This document shows positions 1 through 8,824 of a stretch of DNA of 34,765 bases, piece after piece. How positions within the stretch are numbered: the stretch's first letter is position 1; every line of letters begins with the position of its first letter. Below the pieces are notes generated by a model. That model searched no databases, was not told the DNA's origin, and saw only the letters and a list, made by a program, of their open reading frames with translations. This stretch comes from Sphaerobacterales bacterium (lineage in GTDB: Bacteria > Chloroflexota > Chloroflexia > Thermomicrobiales > UBA6265), in contig JBEIRG010000003.1 of the NCBI GenBank assembly GCA_040376155.1, positions 1-34,765 of the forward strand. The letters are read 5' to 3'. The translations under genes were made by a program, and so were the position numbers.

Positions 1-244
1 GCCCCCGCCGGCGCCCTCGCCGGACCGGGTTCTGCCGCGCGCATCTACCCCCGGTGTTTGCGCGGTGGAACCCGGTCCGGCGGCGGAGCCGGCACGCGAC
101 GCGGCCGCACGCCGCGGACGCGGGACCTCCCCGCCTGATCGTCATGGCCACGCTCGCCAGTATGCCCCCCACTGGCGCGGGATGGTGTCGGCGGCCCCTG
201 CTTCGGCGGGGGCCGCCGGCGTTTTCGGGCACGGGCGGGCCGGG

Positions 245-2569
245 CTACCGGAGCGTCGCTCCGGACAGGCCGGGAATGTCGAGGAGCGCGCCCTCCCGGC
301 TGGCGTCGCGGAGCGCGGCGAGGCGGTCCGGGCCAAGGAGGCCGGAGAGGGTCTCCTCGAGGTGGGCGACCGTCGTCTCCCAGTAGGGCCCCCAGGCGAG
401 GCCCTGCCCGCGGACGATCTCCTCCGCCGCGGCGAGTGCGGCCGCCGCGGTCTCCTGCCGAACCGGGTCGCCCGAGCGGGCCCCGGCCATCGCCAGCCCG
501 AGCAGGGGGAAGAAGGCAACCCCGGGAAGCCCGAGGGTTCGGGAGATGTCCAGCGCCTGGGTGAAACAGGGCAAGGCTTCATCGTCTCGGCCGAGATCGA
601 GGAGGGCGAGACCGAGCCGCGCGAGGGGAACCGGCAGGTCCAGCGCGCGCCCGGCGGCGGCGGCGCTGTCGCGGGCGTTTTCAAGGAGCGGCAGGGCGGC
701 CGCGGCGTCCCCGCGCTCCTGCAATTCGACTCCGAGCAGCAGGGAGAGGGCCCCGGCGATGAATCCGGTGCGGCGCTCGCCCAGCGCGGACAGGCCGTGC
801 CGCAGGAGGGCCTCGCCGTTGTCGCGGGCGGCGGCTGAGCCGGCGTCCCGGCCCCACTGGAGGAGGTCGGCGCGGGCGGTCCATTCGGGATCGCCGGATT
901 CGGCGGCGAAGGCGCGCAGGCGAGCGATGCCCGCGCTGGCGGCTGGCTCATCTCCGAGGATGTTCGCGTGGTAGGCCGCCCAGAAGAGCGCCTCCAGCAC
1001 CGCCGGGTTCTCCGCACCGGCCGTTGCCGCGATGGCCGTCTCCAGCATGATCCGGTGTTCCGAGCGGTACCCGCGGCTGTCATAGAAGCGGTGCAGGCCG
1101 GTGATGACCGGGAGCGCGGCCAGGGCGTCCCCGCTTGCGTAGGCGTGGGCCATGGCGGCGTGGAGGTTGGGGAGATCGCGTTCGATCGCGTCGAGGGCGG
1201 GAAGGGGGGCCGGGCCGTCCAGCACGGGCAGTTGACGGCGCGCCCAGCCGAGGAACCAGGTGGCGTGCGCGTCGCGAGCCGCTTGCAGGCCGCCAGACGC
1301 GCGCAGGAGGGCGAGAGCGAACATGCGGATCGGTTCGAGCAGGCGGAAGCGGCCGCCCGGCCCGTCGTGCTGATGCTGGATCAACTGGGCATTGATGAGC
1401 GCCGGCAACAGCCGGATCAGGCCGGGCGCGCCGAGGGAGGCGGCGATGTTGGCCACCGCTTCGGTGGTGAAACCTCCCTGGAAGACGCCAAGCATGCGAA
1501 GCAGCCGTTCCGCGTCGGGGGGCAGGAGGGCGAGGCTCCATGCGATCGCCGCTTCCATGGTGCGGAAACGGCCGGGGCCGTCGCGGCGTCCGCGCGCAAG
1601 AGCGGCGAGCCCGGCGGCCTCGAGCAGTCCCGCGATGGTCTGGCGCGGCAGATGGGCCGCCTGCGCGCCGGCAAGCTCGAGGGCGAGCGGCAGGCCGTCG
1701 AGCAGCCGCGCGACCGCGGCCGCCTCCTGCAGGGCGATGACGTCCTGACTGCTGGCATCCGCCGGGTTGCCGACGGCGCGGAGGTAGAGGGCGACGGCGG
1801 GGTTGGCTGCGATACGGCCGATGCTGGCGGTCTTCTGCGGGAGCGGAAGAGGCTCGATCGGGAGGACGCGCTCTCCGGCGATGCGCAATTCCTCGCGGGA
1901 GGTGACCAGCAGGGTCAGACCGGGAGCGGCCTTGAGCAGCGCGGGAAGATCTGCAGCGGCCTCGAGGACATGCTCGGCGTTGTCGAGGACCGCGAGCATG
2001 GCGCGCCCCGCGAGGGCTTCGGCGATCCTGCTGATCGGGTGGGCGCCGCCTTCGCCTGCGCCGCAGGCGCGGGCGAGCGCGGGCAGCACGGCGGCGGGTG
2101 AGGATAGCCCGTCGAGCGCGACCCAGACGACGGCGCCCGGGCGCGCGTCCTGCGCCTGCGCGGCGACGGCGGCGGCGAGGCGCGTCTTGCCCACGCCGCC
2201 GGGGCCGATGAGGGTGACGATCCGCTCGCTGCCGAGAAGATCCTCCACGCCGGCAATCTCCCGCTCGCGCCCGAGGATGGGAGCGGCGAAGATGGGAAGC
2301 GGCGCGGCGGCGAGGGCGGCGATGGCCACGGCAGCCCGGCCGCGCGGCAACCGCTGGCTGCGAATGACGGCGAACCAGGCATCGCGCGCCGCCCCGCTCA
2401 GGCCGAGCGCGTCGGCCAGTTGCCCTGCCGGGGCAGCCTGCGGGGTGGTGCGTGCGCCGCGTTCGAGGTCGCTGATGGAGCGGACCGAGATGCCGGAGGC
2501 CTCGGCGAGCTCTTCCTGGGTCATCCGGGCCGCGAGCCGGTGGCGGCGCAGATGCTCGCCAAAGGCCAT
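245..2569 (-). CDS. XRE-family HTH + NB-ARC-like (STAND) ATPase + helical/TPR-like transcriptional regulator
   Basis: N-terminal HTH FGEHLRRHRLAARMTQEELAEASGISVRSISDLERG; Walker A GPGGVGKT; Walker B LAVLDNAEH; LDGLPLALELAG motif; helical C-terminus. The start is placed at ATG 2569 (2605/2614 possible). The ORF-track extension to 3910 is antisense to the next gene. Confidence 0.9.
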   Translation of the reverse strand: MAFGEHLRRHRLAARMTQEELAEASGISVRSISDLERGARTTPQAAPAGQLADALGLSGAARDAWFAVIRSQRLPRGRAAVAIAALAAAPLPIFAAPILGREREIAGVEDLLGSERIVTLIGPGGVGKTRLAAAVAAQAQDARPGAVVWVALDGLSSPAAVLPALARACGAGEGGAHPISRIAEALAGRAMLAVLDNAEHVLEAAADLPALLKAAPGLTLLVTSREELRIAGERVLPIEPLPLPQKTASIGRIAANPAVALYLRAVGNPADASSQDVIALQEAAAVARLLDGLPLALELAGAQAAHLPRQTIAGLLEAAGLAALARGRRDGPGRFRTMEAAIAWSLALLPPDAERLLRMLGVFQGGFTTEAVANIAASLGAPGLIRLLPALINAQLIQHQHDGPGGRFRLLEPIRMFALALLRASGGLQAARDAHATWFLGWARRQLPVLDGPAPLPALDAIERDLPNLHAAMAHAYASGDALAALPVITGLHRFYDSRGYRSEHRIMLETAIAATAGAENPAVLEALFWAAYHANILGDEPAASAGIARLRAFAAESGDPEWTARADLLQWGRDAGSAAARDNGEALLRHGLSALGERRTGFIAGALSLLLGVELQERGDAAAALPLLENARDSAAAAGRALDLPVPLARLGLALLDLGRDDEALPCFTQALDISRTLGLPGVAFFPLLGLAMAGARSGDPVRQETAAAALAAAEEIVRGQGLAWGPYWETTVAHLEETLSGLLGPDRLAALRDASREGALLDIPGLSGATLR

Positions 2570-2666
2570 GTTCGAGCCAGTTTCGGCTGTCGGCCGATCG
2601 TTCATTGCGGGCATGGAACGGAAGGTAGCACATGATGCCGCGGGATGCATGAAGGGTGGGTCGCCA

Positions 2667-2697
2667 TTCCGGTGGGTATTCCGGTTGGTGTTCCGGC
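2667..2697. promoter_or_regulatory. Three TTCCGG(T/C) direct repeats at 12-bp period; candidate operator
   Basis: TTCCGGT at 2667 and 2679 and TTCCGGC at 2691, in the divergent intergenic region between the regulator and the 2804 gene. The same motif and period recur at 4280/4292. Confidence 0.6.
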
Positions 2698-2803
2698 GTG
2701 GCATGGCGCCCCGTTCGCGGCCACAGTTTGAGGTGAGATGCAGGCGCATCGACATCGAGGGGCAGGCGTCTTTGGGCGCCGAACCCGCTGGAGGGGACAT
2801 CTC

Positions 2804-4177
2804 GTGGATCAGCACGCATTCGACCAGATGGCGCGATTGCTCGGTGGGGGGACCACCCGTCGCGCCGGGGTGACATCCGCGCTTGCCGCGGCGATCGGAT
2901 TCGCCGTTGTCCGTGATGGAGACGCCGTGGCCGGGCGGCCAGGCGCGGGCCATGGCGCGGGCCGGCGCCCCGGCTCCGAGGGCCCATGCGGCAGCGGTTC
3001 GCGCAAGGACAACAGCTGCACGAAGGACAGCCAGTGCTGCACCGGCTATTGCCAGCTGAACCTGAAGAACAAGGACCGGAAGGGGCGGTGCCGCTGTATT
3101 CGGAAGGGCAGATCCTGCACCGCGAAGCAGACGTGTTGCGGCGCCCTGACCTGCACCAATGGTGTCTGCGGCGGGAGCGCTCCGGAGGTCTGCGATGTCT
3201 GCCTTGCCGGGTGCGCGTATTCGGCGATCCAGCCCGCGGTCGCGGCGGCGGCGGCTGGCGCGACGATCAGGATCGGCGGGGGAACCTACCGCGAGACCGT
3301 GACGGTCGACAGGAGCCTGACGCTGAAGGCCTGCAACGGCGAAACCGTGACCTGGCACAACGGGACGGACGGGCAGCGGGCGCTGGTCGTGCCCCGCGCC
3401 GATCCCGGCCATGAGGTGGTGATCGACGGCATCACCTTCACCTCCGACACCACCAGCGGCGGCGGCATCTGGCAGTGGAACGGGTCGTTGACCCTCAGCG
3501 GCACGACGACCGTCACCGGCTGCACGGCGGTCAAGGGCGGCGGCGTGCAGTTCGGCGACGGCAAAAAAGGCGGTGCGCTCGTCCTGGAGGACACCGCGCT
3601 GGTGACCGCCAACACGTCCGATTCCTATGGCGGCGGCATCTTTCTCGACAGCTATGCCACGCTCGAAATGCGGGGCAACGCGGCGGTCACGAACAACACC
3701 GCCGGCAATGATGGCGGTGGAGTCATGGTCTACTACGGTTCGTCGATGACCATGCGGGATGATGCGACCGTCTCGGGCAATACGGCGAGCGGCAGCAGCA
3801 ACGGCGGCGGCATCTACATCTACGGCGGCGGCGTGGCGGCCTTCCTCGAAATGCACGACCGGAGCCGCGTGACCGGGAATGCCTCCGAGGGAAGCAATCA
3901 GACCTTTCACGGCGGCGGCGGCATCTATGTGTCGTCCGGGTCCACGATGACGATGGATGGCGACACGGTCATTTCCGGCAACACGGCGGCCGCGCCGGGC
4001 GGCGGCGTCTTCACGGAGGCGCCGGTGACGATGTCCGGGAACGCCTCGATCACCCAGAACACGGCGACCAGCGGCGGCGGCATGTCCGGCAAGAATTCCG
4101 GCGCCCTGACGAAGACCCCTCCAGCCTCGATTACCGGAAACACCCCCGATCAGTGCGGCGGGACGATCTCCTGCTAG
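2804..4177 (+). CDS. Secreted protein: Tat-like leader, double cystine-knot-like module, right-handed parallel beta-helix (pectin-lyase-like/Pmp GGG-I repeats)
   Basis: GTG start after GGAGGGG RBS; leader MDQHAFDQMARLLGGGTTRRAGV; Cys module 2981-3169; CAYSAIQPAV...GATIRIGGGTYRE beta-helix cap; repeated N-x-A-xx-GGG(I/V) turns. Confidence 0.85.
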   Translation: MDQHAFDQMARLLGGGTTRRAGVTSALAAAIGFAVVRDGDAVAGRPGAGHGAGRRPGSEGPCGSGSRKDNSCTKDSQCCTGYCQLNLKNKDRKGRCRCIRKGRSCTAKQTCCGALTCTNGVCGGSAPEVCDVCLAGCAYSAIQPAVAAAAAGATIRIGGGTYRETVTVDRSLTLKACNGETVTWHNGTDGQRALVVPRADPGHEVVIDGITFTSDTTSGGGIWQWNGSLTLSGTTTVTGCTAVKGGGVQFGDGKKGGALVLEDTALVTANTSDSYGGGIFLDSYATLEMRGNAAVTNNTAGNDGGGVMVYYGSSMTMRDDATVSGNTASGSSNGGGIYIYGGGVAAFLEMHDRSRVTGNASEGSNQTFHGGGGIYVSSGSTMTMDGDTVISGNTAAAPGGGVFTEAPVTMSGNASITQNTATSGGGMSGKNSGALTKTPPASITGNTPDQCGGTISC

Positions 4178-4205
4178 CTCGTTTCACCGGCGAGCGATCG
4201 CGATA

Positions 4206-4250
4206 GCAAACCCGCCCACGCCCGGGAGGTGTGGGCGGGTTTGCGTTTTG
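4206..4250 (+). terminator. Rho-independent terminator
   Basis: GCAAACCCGCCCAC...GTGGGCGGGTTTGC stem followed by GTTTTG, 29 nt after the stop at 4177. Confidence 0.8.
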
Positions 4251-4279
4251 GGGTCGTTGCCGGAGCTACGAGCGCTCAA

Positions 4280-4302
4280 TTCCGGTACACGTTCCGGTAC
4301 AC
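4280..4302. promoter_or_regulatory. TTCCGGTACAC x2 direct repeat at 12-bp period; candidate operator
   Basis: Exact 11-mer duplicated at 4280 and 4292, about 90 nt upstream of the ATG at 4383; matches the 2667-2697 motif. Confidence 0.6.
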
Positions 4303-4382
4303 AAACCCGCTTCCCAGACGCTGAGCGCTCCTCTGGGATCGAGACAGGTGATTTCTGGACGGTGCATGCACTGGAGGGCTCG

Positions 4383-5725
4383 ATGGATCATGCGGCGTTC
4401 GACCGGATCACGAGGACCCTCGGAGCGGCGCCACCCGGCGTAGTGGGGTGAAGGCGGCTCTTGGGCTTGGGGCGGCACTTGGGTTGGGTGCGTCGGATGA
4501 CGTGGCGGCGAAGCTGCGGCCTGAGGGGCCCTGTGGGAAGGGTGGACGGAAGGACAACGCTTGCACGAAGGACAGCCAATGCTGCACCGGCTACTGCGAG
4601 CGGAACCTCAGGAACCGGGACAGGAAAGGCCGGTGCCGCTGCATCCGCAAGGGGCGGCCGTGCACTGAGAAGCAGACCTGCTGCGGCAAGTCCACGTGTG
4701 CCAGCGGCGTCTGTGGCAGCGGGCTGCCCGCGGAGATCTGCGACGTGTGTAGCAGTGGCTGCGCCTATTCCACGATTCAGCCAGCGGTCGCGGCGGCGGC
4801 ATCCGGGGCGACCATCAGGATCGACGCCGGCACCTACCGCGAGGACGTGACGGTCGACAAGAGCCTGACCCTGAAGGCGTGCAACGGCGCGACCGTTACC
4901 TGGTACAACCTGACCGACGGCCAGCGCGCCCTGTTCGTGCCCCGCGCCGATCCGGGCTACAACGTGGTGGTCGAAGGCATCACCTTCACCTCCGACTCCA
5001 CCAGCGGCGGAGGAATCCACCAGGAGAACGGAGCGTTGACGCTGAGCGGTTCCACGACGGTCACCGGCTGCAAGGCCGGGTATGGCGGCGGTGTGCATTT
5101 CGGCGACGGGAACAGCAATGGGGGCGTGCTCGTGCTGCAGGGCAGTGCGATCGTGACGTCGAACAGCAGCGACAGCTACGGCGGCGGTATCTACATGGAT
5201 AGCTACACCACGCTCGAGATGCGAGGAACCTCTGCGGTCACAAACAATGTCGCCAGCGGCCAAGGCGGTGGCGTGTTTACGCAGAGTTACTCGTCCATGA
5301 CCATGCGTGACGATGCGTCGGTCACAGGTAACACGTCCACAAGCGTTACGGGAGGAGGCATTGGAGTCTACGGAGGTACGGGGGCCTTCCTCGTGATGCA
5401 TGACCGGAGCAGCGTGAGTGGCAATAGCTGTCAGGGAAGCACGCAGTACGACGGCGGCGGTGGCGTAAGCCTAGGCACTCCCGGGTACCTGACAATGGAC
5501 GGCGATACCATCATTTCCGGCAACGCAACGACAGCATCTGGCGGTGGCGTTCGCACCAATGGGCAGGTGACGATGTCTGGAAATGCCGCAATCAAGCAAA
5601 ACACTGCGACGGGCGGCAGTGGTGGCGGCATCTTCGGTGCGGCCGCCGCTGCACTGACGAAGAACGCGCCGGCCACGATCACCGGCAATTCCCCGGATCA
5701 GTGCGGCGGGTCGCTTTCCTGCTGA
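4383..5725 (+). pseudogene. Tandem paralog of 2804-4177 with a 1-nt frameshift in the leader (pseudogene or sequencing error)
   Basis: ATG 4383 after GGAGG RBS reads MDHAAFDRITRTLG and stops at 4451. Restoring one base near 4422-4430 gives ...ATRRSGVKAALG, in frame with the 4448-5725 ORF, which aligns end to end with the upstream paralog. Confidence 0.75.
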
Positions 5726-5778
5726 CCCCATAGCGTCGTATGGGCGTTGTTATTGCCGCCGCAATGCGATGCGAGTGC

Positions 5779-5830
5779 ACCGCCCGCGGGATGGACGCGA
5801 GTTCATCCCACGGGCGGTTTCCGTTTCCGG
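5779..5830 (+). terminator. Probable terminator hairpin
   Basis: ACCGCCCG-c-GGGATG...CATCCC-a-CGGGCGGT stem followed by TTCCGTTT, downstream of the stop at 5725. Confidence 0.55.
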
Positions 5831-6264
5831 TGATTGCACCCCGGCGGTCTCGCCGGACGAGTGGGCAGGTCGTTGCCTTGCAGGTGGCCAAAGCGTTCGC
5901 GTGGGCGGTGCTGCTCACGTGTGGCCGATGGCCCCGGGCCGCAGCCGGCCTCGCCTGATGCCGATGGCCGCGAATGTCCCGGATGGAGCACGGCGGCGGG
6001 TACTGCCGGGTGTCCGGTAAGCCGCCGGGCAGGGCCAGGATGAACACCGCCGGCTGGGTTTCGCGTTGAATGAGAGGCATCGCGCCAGTCTGTCAGCGAT
6101 GCTTCGCCGAATTGCGCGAAATGTTGTGCCGGCAACTTCGGGATGCCGCGTTGCCGATGCCGCCACACATTACCGCCACGCGGAGATGAGAACTCACAGC
6201 GTACGTACATGCCGGGGGCGGTGATCCCCGCGGGCGGACGTTGCCGGGATCGGGGCAGGCAGCG

Positions 6265-6645
6265 ATGAACGGTCAGGGTGTCACGGGGCCGTCCGCGACG
6301 GCGGGGGAACGGATTACGCGGAGGCAGGTGGTCGGGGAGGCGAGCGGCGGATTGCTTGCGGCCGCGGGCATTACGGTGGCGGCGGCGAGCGAGCGCCCGA
6401 GCCGCGGGAAGCGTCCTGGTGGGGACGCGCGATTGTTGCCCGCTGACCGCTCCTTCGGCTGGAAGCCGCTCGCGGCGGAGGAGCATGACCGGCGGTTGCG
6501 AGGGCCGCAGGCGATGCTGCCCGCTGCCGCGCCGGTGATCGCCGGGCTGCCGTGGTACGAGGGGTTCGGCTGGCTGGTGGAGCGGGATGGCGCGCGCGGC
6601 CCTGCTCGCGCGCTGAGCGGCCAGCCCCGCTCTATCCGCCGATGA
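6265..6645 (+). CDS. Small hypothetical protein with possible Tat motif
   Basis: ITRRQVVG followed by GGLLAAAGITVAAA; aromatic motif LPWYEGFGWL; fills the gap before the convergent mqnA-like gene. No family recognised. Confidence 0.4.
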   Translation: MNGQGVTGPSATAGERITRRQVVGEASGGLLAAAGITVAAASERPSRGKRPGGDARLLPADRSFGWKPLAAEEHDRRLRGPQAMLPAAAPVIAGLPWYEGFGWLVERDGARGPARALSGQPRSIRR

Positions 6646-7411
6646 ACCGCCAGGCGGGCTTGATCGGGTAGTCCGTGCCCTTGCCGCCGTGAGAGAGCAG
6701 GGCTGTGAGCGCTTTCCCGTCGTCCGGCGCGAGGGAGCGGCGCATCGTGCCGAGCAGGGAGTCGAGGCGGTCGCGGGGGACGGCTTCCCGATCGCAGTAG
6801 GGCTGCCGCCATTCGCGGCGGCGGCGTTCGGCGGCGGCGGCGAGGTCGTTCAGGAACGAGACGAGCGGCGCGACCCCCGCGATCTCCGTCCCCCCCGGCG
6901 CGACCAGCACGTGGGAGACGAACGGCAGGTCGGTGAAAATTTTCCACGCTCTCGCGAGGTCCTCGCTGAACCCGGCCTCGACCGGGCGCAGCGCCTCCGC
7001 GCCCTCGACGACGACGACTTCGGCGGCGGCCTCCTCGTCGCGGGTGAAGCCTGCCGCGTCGATGCCGTAGAAGTTGCGGAGGAGGCCGCGCGCGAGCAAT
7101 TCCCCGGCGCTCGAGCAGTCGATCAGCCGAACCGGCGTGCGGGCGATCTCATCGGGCCGCACGGGAGTGCGCAGCGCGACCGGGCCCTCGTTGTCGAAGA
7201 CCGCCGCTGCCGTCGGGACGATGACATGGGAGCCGATCAGCCGCGCCGCTTCCGGGGAGGGCAGGAGGGCGAAATCATCCGGCCGGAGATCCGCCGCCGC
7301 CAGCGTCGCCCGGCGTTCGACGTTCCACCCTTCGGGCGGGGCGATCCACCCTTCGGCCAGGGGAACGGTCCACGGCAGGGTGGCGAGGGTCTCGTGCAGG
7401 ATCAGGCGCAT
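6632..7411 (-). CDS. MqnA/MqnD-family (futalosine menaquinone pathway) substrate-binding-fold protein, MqnA-like
   Basis: DLARAWKIFTDLPFVSHVLVA resembles the MqnA DLGxxWxxxTGLPFVFAVW motif; ATG 7411 after GGAGGA RBS; length about 260 aa fits. Confidence 0.6.
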   Translation of the reverse strand: MRLILHETLATLPWTVPLAEGWIAPPEGWNVERRATLAAADLRPDDFALLPSPEAARLIGSHVIVPTAAAVFDNEGPVALRTPVRPDEIARTPVRLIDCSSAGELLARGLLRNFYGIDAAGFTRDEEAAAEVVVVEGAEALRPVEAGFSEDLARAWKIFTDLPFVSHVLVAPGGTEIAGVAPLVSFLNDLAAAAERRRREWRQPYCDREAVPRDRLDSLLGTMRRSLAPDDGKALTALLSHGGKGTDYPIKPAWRFIGG

Positions 7412-7589
7412 GGGTCCTCCGGGGGTGTCGGGCATCGGGCGTTGGCTGCCGGGATGTGGGTATGGGCTCTTGGCTATCGCTTTTCGGGTTTCGGGCTGGG
7501 CAGGCGACCCGCGTTTGCGGTGGACGTTCGGGGCATACGGTAGCCGATAGCGCGGTTGCCGATGCTGGAGGGGCCTTCGGCCTGTTCTC

Positions 7590-7660
7590 CGTCATCCCGA
7601 CGAAGGAGGGTTCTCGGCACACGGGTTGGTTGGAGAGATCCCTCCTTCGTCGGGATGACG
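7590..7660. repeat. REP-like palindromic element
   Basis: 26-bp arms CGTCATCCCGACGAAGGAGGGTTCTC / GAGATCCCTCCTTCGTCGGGATGACG with one mismatch. Confidence 0.85.
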
Positions 7661-7685
7661 ACATGGCCTTCGGGAACTGCGCAAA

Positions 7686-7748
7686 CCGACAGCCGACAGC
7701 CGACAGCCGACTGCCGACAGCCGACAGCCGACAGCCGATTGCCGGCTG
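7686..7748. repeat. Heptamer tandem repeat (CCGACAG)n
   Basis: Nine 7-nt units, six exact plus CCGACTG, CCGATTG and CCGGCTG variants; directly after the pheA stop. Confidence 0.95.
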
Positions 7749-7755
7749 CCACCCC

Positions 7756-8595
7756 TCACCCTCGCACCCGTTCCAGCGGGAAGCGGGGGTAGGAGCCGAA
7801 AACGGTGAAATAGAGGCAGCGGGAGCGGGCGGTGGCGAGGGCTGCCGCGACGTTCGGGTCCTTCTCGTGGCCTTCGATGTCGATGAGGAAATAGTACTCG
7901 CCGAGGGTGTGCTTGATAGGCCGGCTCTCGATGCGGGTCAGTTGCAGGCCAGCGTCGGCGAAGACGGTCAGCACGCTGTGGAGCGATCCGGGCATGTTGG
8001 CGTGGGTCGTGAAGCAGATGGAGGTGCGGTCGTCGCCCGTCGGCTGGGTGTCGCGGTAGGCGAGAGCGATGAAGCGGGTCATGTTGGAGTTGTCGTCCTG
8101 CAAGTTCTCCGCGAGGATCTGCCCGCCGTACAGTTCGGCAGCGCGGCTGGTGCCGATCCCGGCGGTGGTCCCGTCGCCCTTCGCCGCTTCCTCGACGGAT
8201 GCGGCCGTGCTCAGAGCCGCCATCTGCTCAGCGTTCGGGAGATGGCGCTGCAGCCATCCGCGGCACTGCCCGAGCGCCTGCGGGTGAGAGGATACGATGC
8301 GGATCCGGTCGAGGCTCGCCCCCGGCGCGCTCACGAGGACATGCCGAACCGGCAGGACGACCTCGCCGCAAATGCGCAGCGGCGTTCCCTGGATCAGCAG
8401 ATCGAGGGTCGCGCTGACGCCGCCCTCGATGCTGTTGTAGATCGGAACGATGGCGGTGTCCGCCTCGCCGCGCTCGGCTGCTGCTGCTGCCAGCGCGAAG
8501 TTGGCGAATGGCAGCAACTCGGCATCCGGGCCGGACCATGCCACTGCCGCTTCTTCCGTGAACGTGCCGCGTGGTCCGAGAAAGGCGGTCTTCAC
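7756..8595 (-). CDS. pheA: Prephenate dehydratase
   Basis: AFLGPRGTFTEEAA, PIYNSIEGGV, SHPQALGQC, NMTRF catalytic motif, ACT domain LTRIESRP; GTG start after AGGAG. Confidence 0.95.
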   Translation of the reverse strand: MKTAFLGPRGTFTEEAAVAWSGPDAELLPFANFALAAAAAERGEADTAIVPIYNSIEGGVSATLDLLIQGTPLRICGEVVLPVRHVLVSAPGASLDRIRIVSSHPQALGQCRGWLQRHLPNAEQMAALSTAASVEEAAKGDGTTAGIGTSRAAELYGGQILAENLQDDNSNMTRFIALAYRDTQPTGDDRTSICFTTHANMPGSLHSVLTVFADAGLQLTRIESRPIKHTLGEYYFLIDIEGHEKDPNVAAALATARSRCLYFTVFGSYPRFPLERVRG

Positions 8596-8760
8596 CGGGC
8601 GTGCTCCTGCGCTGGCGGCCAAAGGCCATGGGTCATCGGCCATCGGCTCGCGGGTGTCGGCTTTCGGCTGGCAGCGATCGGGGGCAGACCGGGAGACAGC
8701 GGAACCAACCCTGTCAGAAGGTCCCCGTTAGCGGATGGCAGACAGCCGACGGCCAACTCA

Positions 8761-8802
8761 CGATGCCCGATGCCCGATGCCCGATGCCCGATGCCCGATG
8801 CC
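8761..8802. repeat. Heptamer tandem repeat (CGATGCC)6
   Basis: Six exact units in the pheA/thpR divergent intergenic region. Confidence 0.95.
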
Positions 8803-8812
8803 CTGCTCCTCA

Positions 8813-8818
8813 TATACT
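8813..8818 (+). promoter_or_regulatory. -10 box of a probable leaderless transcript
   Basis: TATACT 6 nt before ATG 8825, with no Shine-Dalgarno sequence. Confidence 0.55.
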
Positions 8819-8824
8819 ATCCCC

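Noticed and set aside
2570-3910. N-terminal extension making a 1221-aa ORF (245..3910)
   Set aside because: It is the antisense shadow of the 2804-4177 gene in high-GC DNA; recognisable domains begin at the XRE HTH.
2804-5725. Paralog pair as a diversity-generating retroelement TR/VR
   Set aside because: In the 3' segments compared, differences are not adenine-specific, and there is no reverse transcriptase in the window.
7686-8802. Repeat arrays as a CRISPR array
   Set aside because: They are 7-nt tandem units with no spacers, and there are no cas genes.
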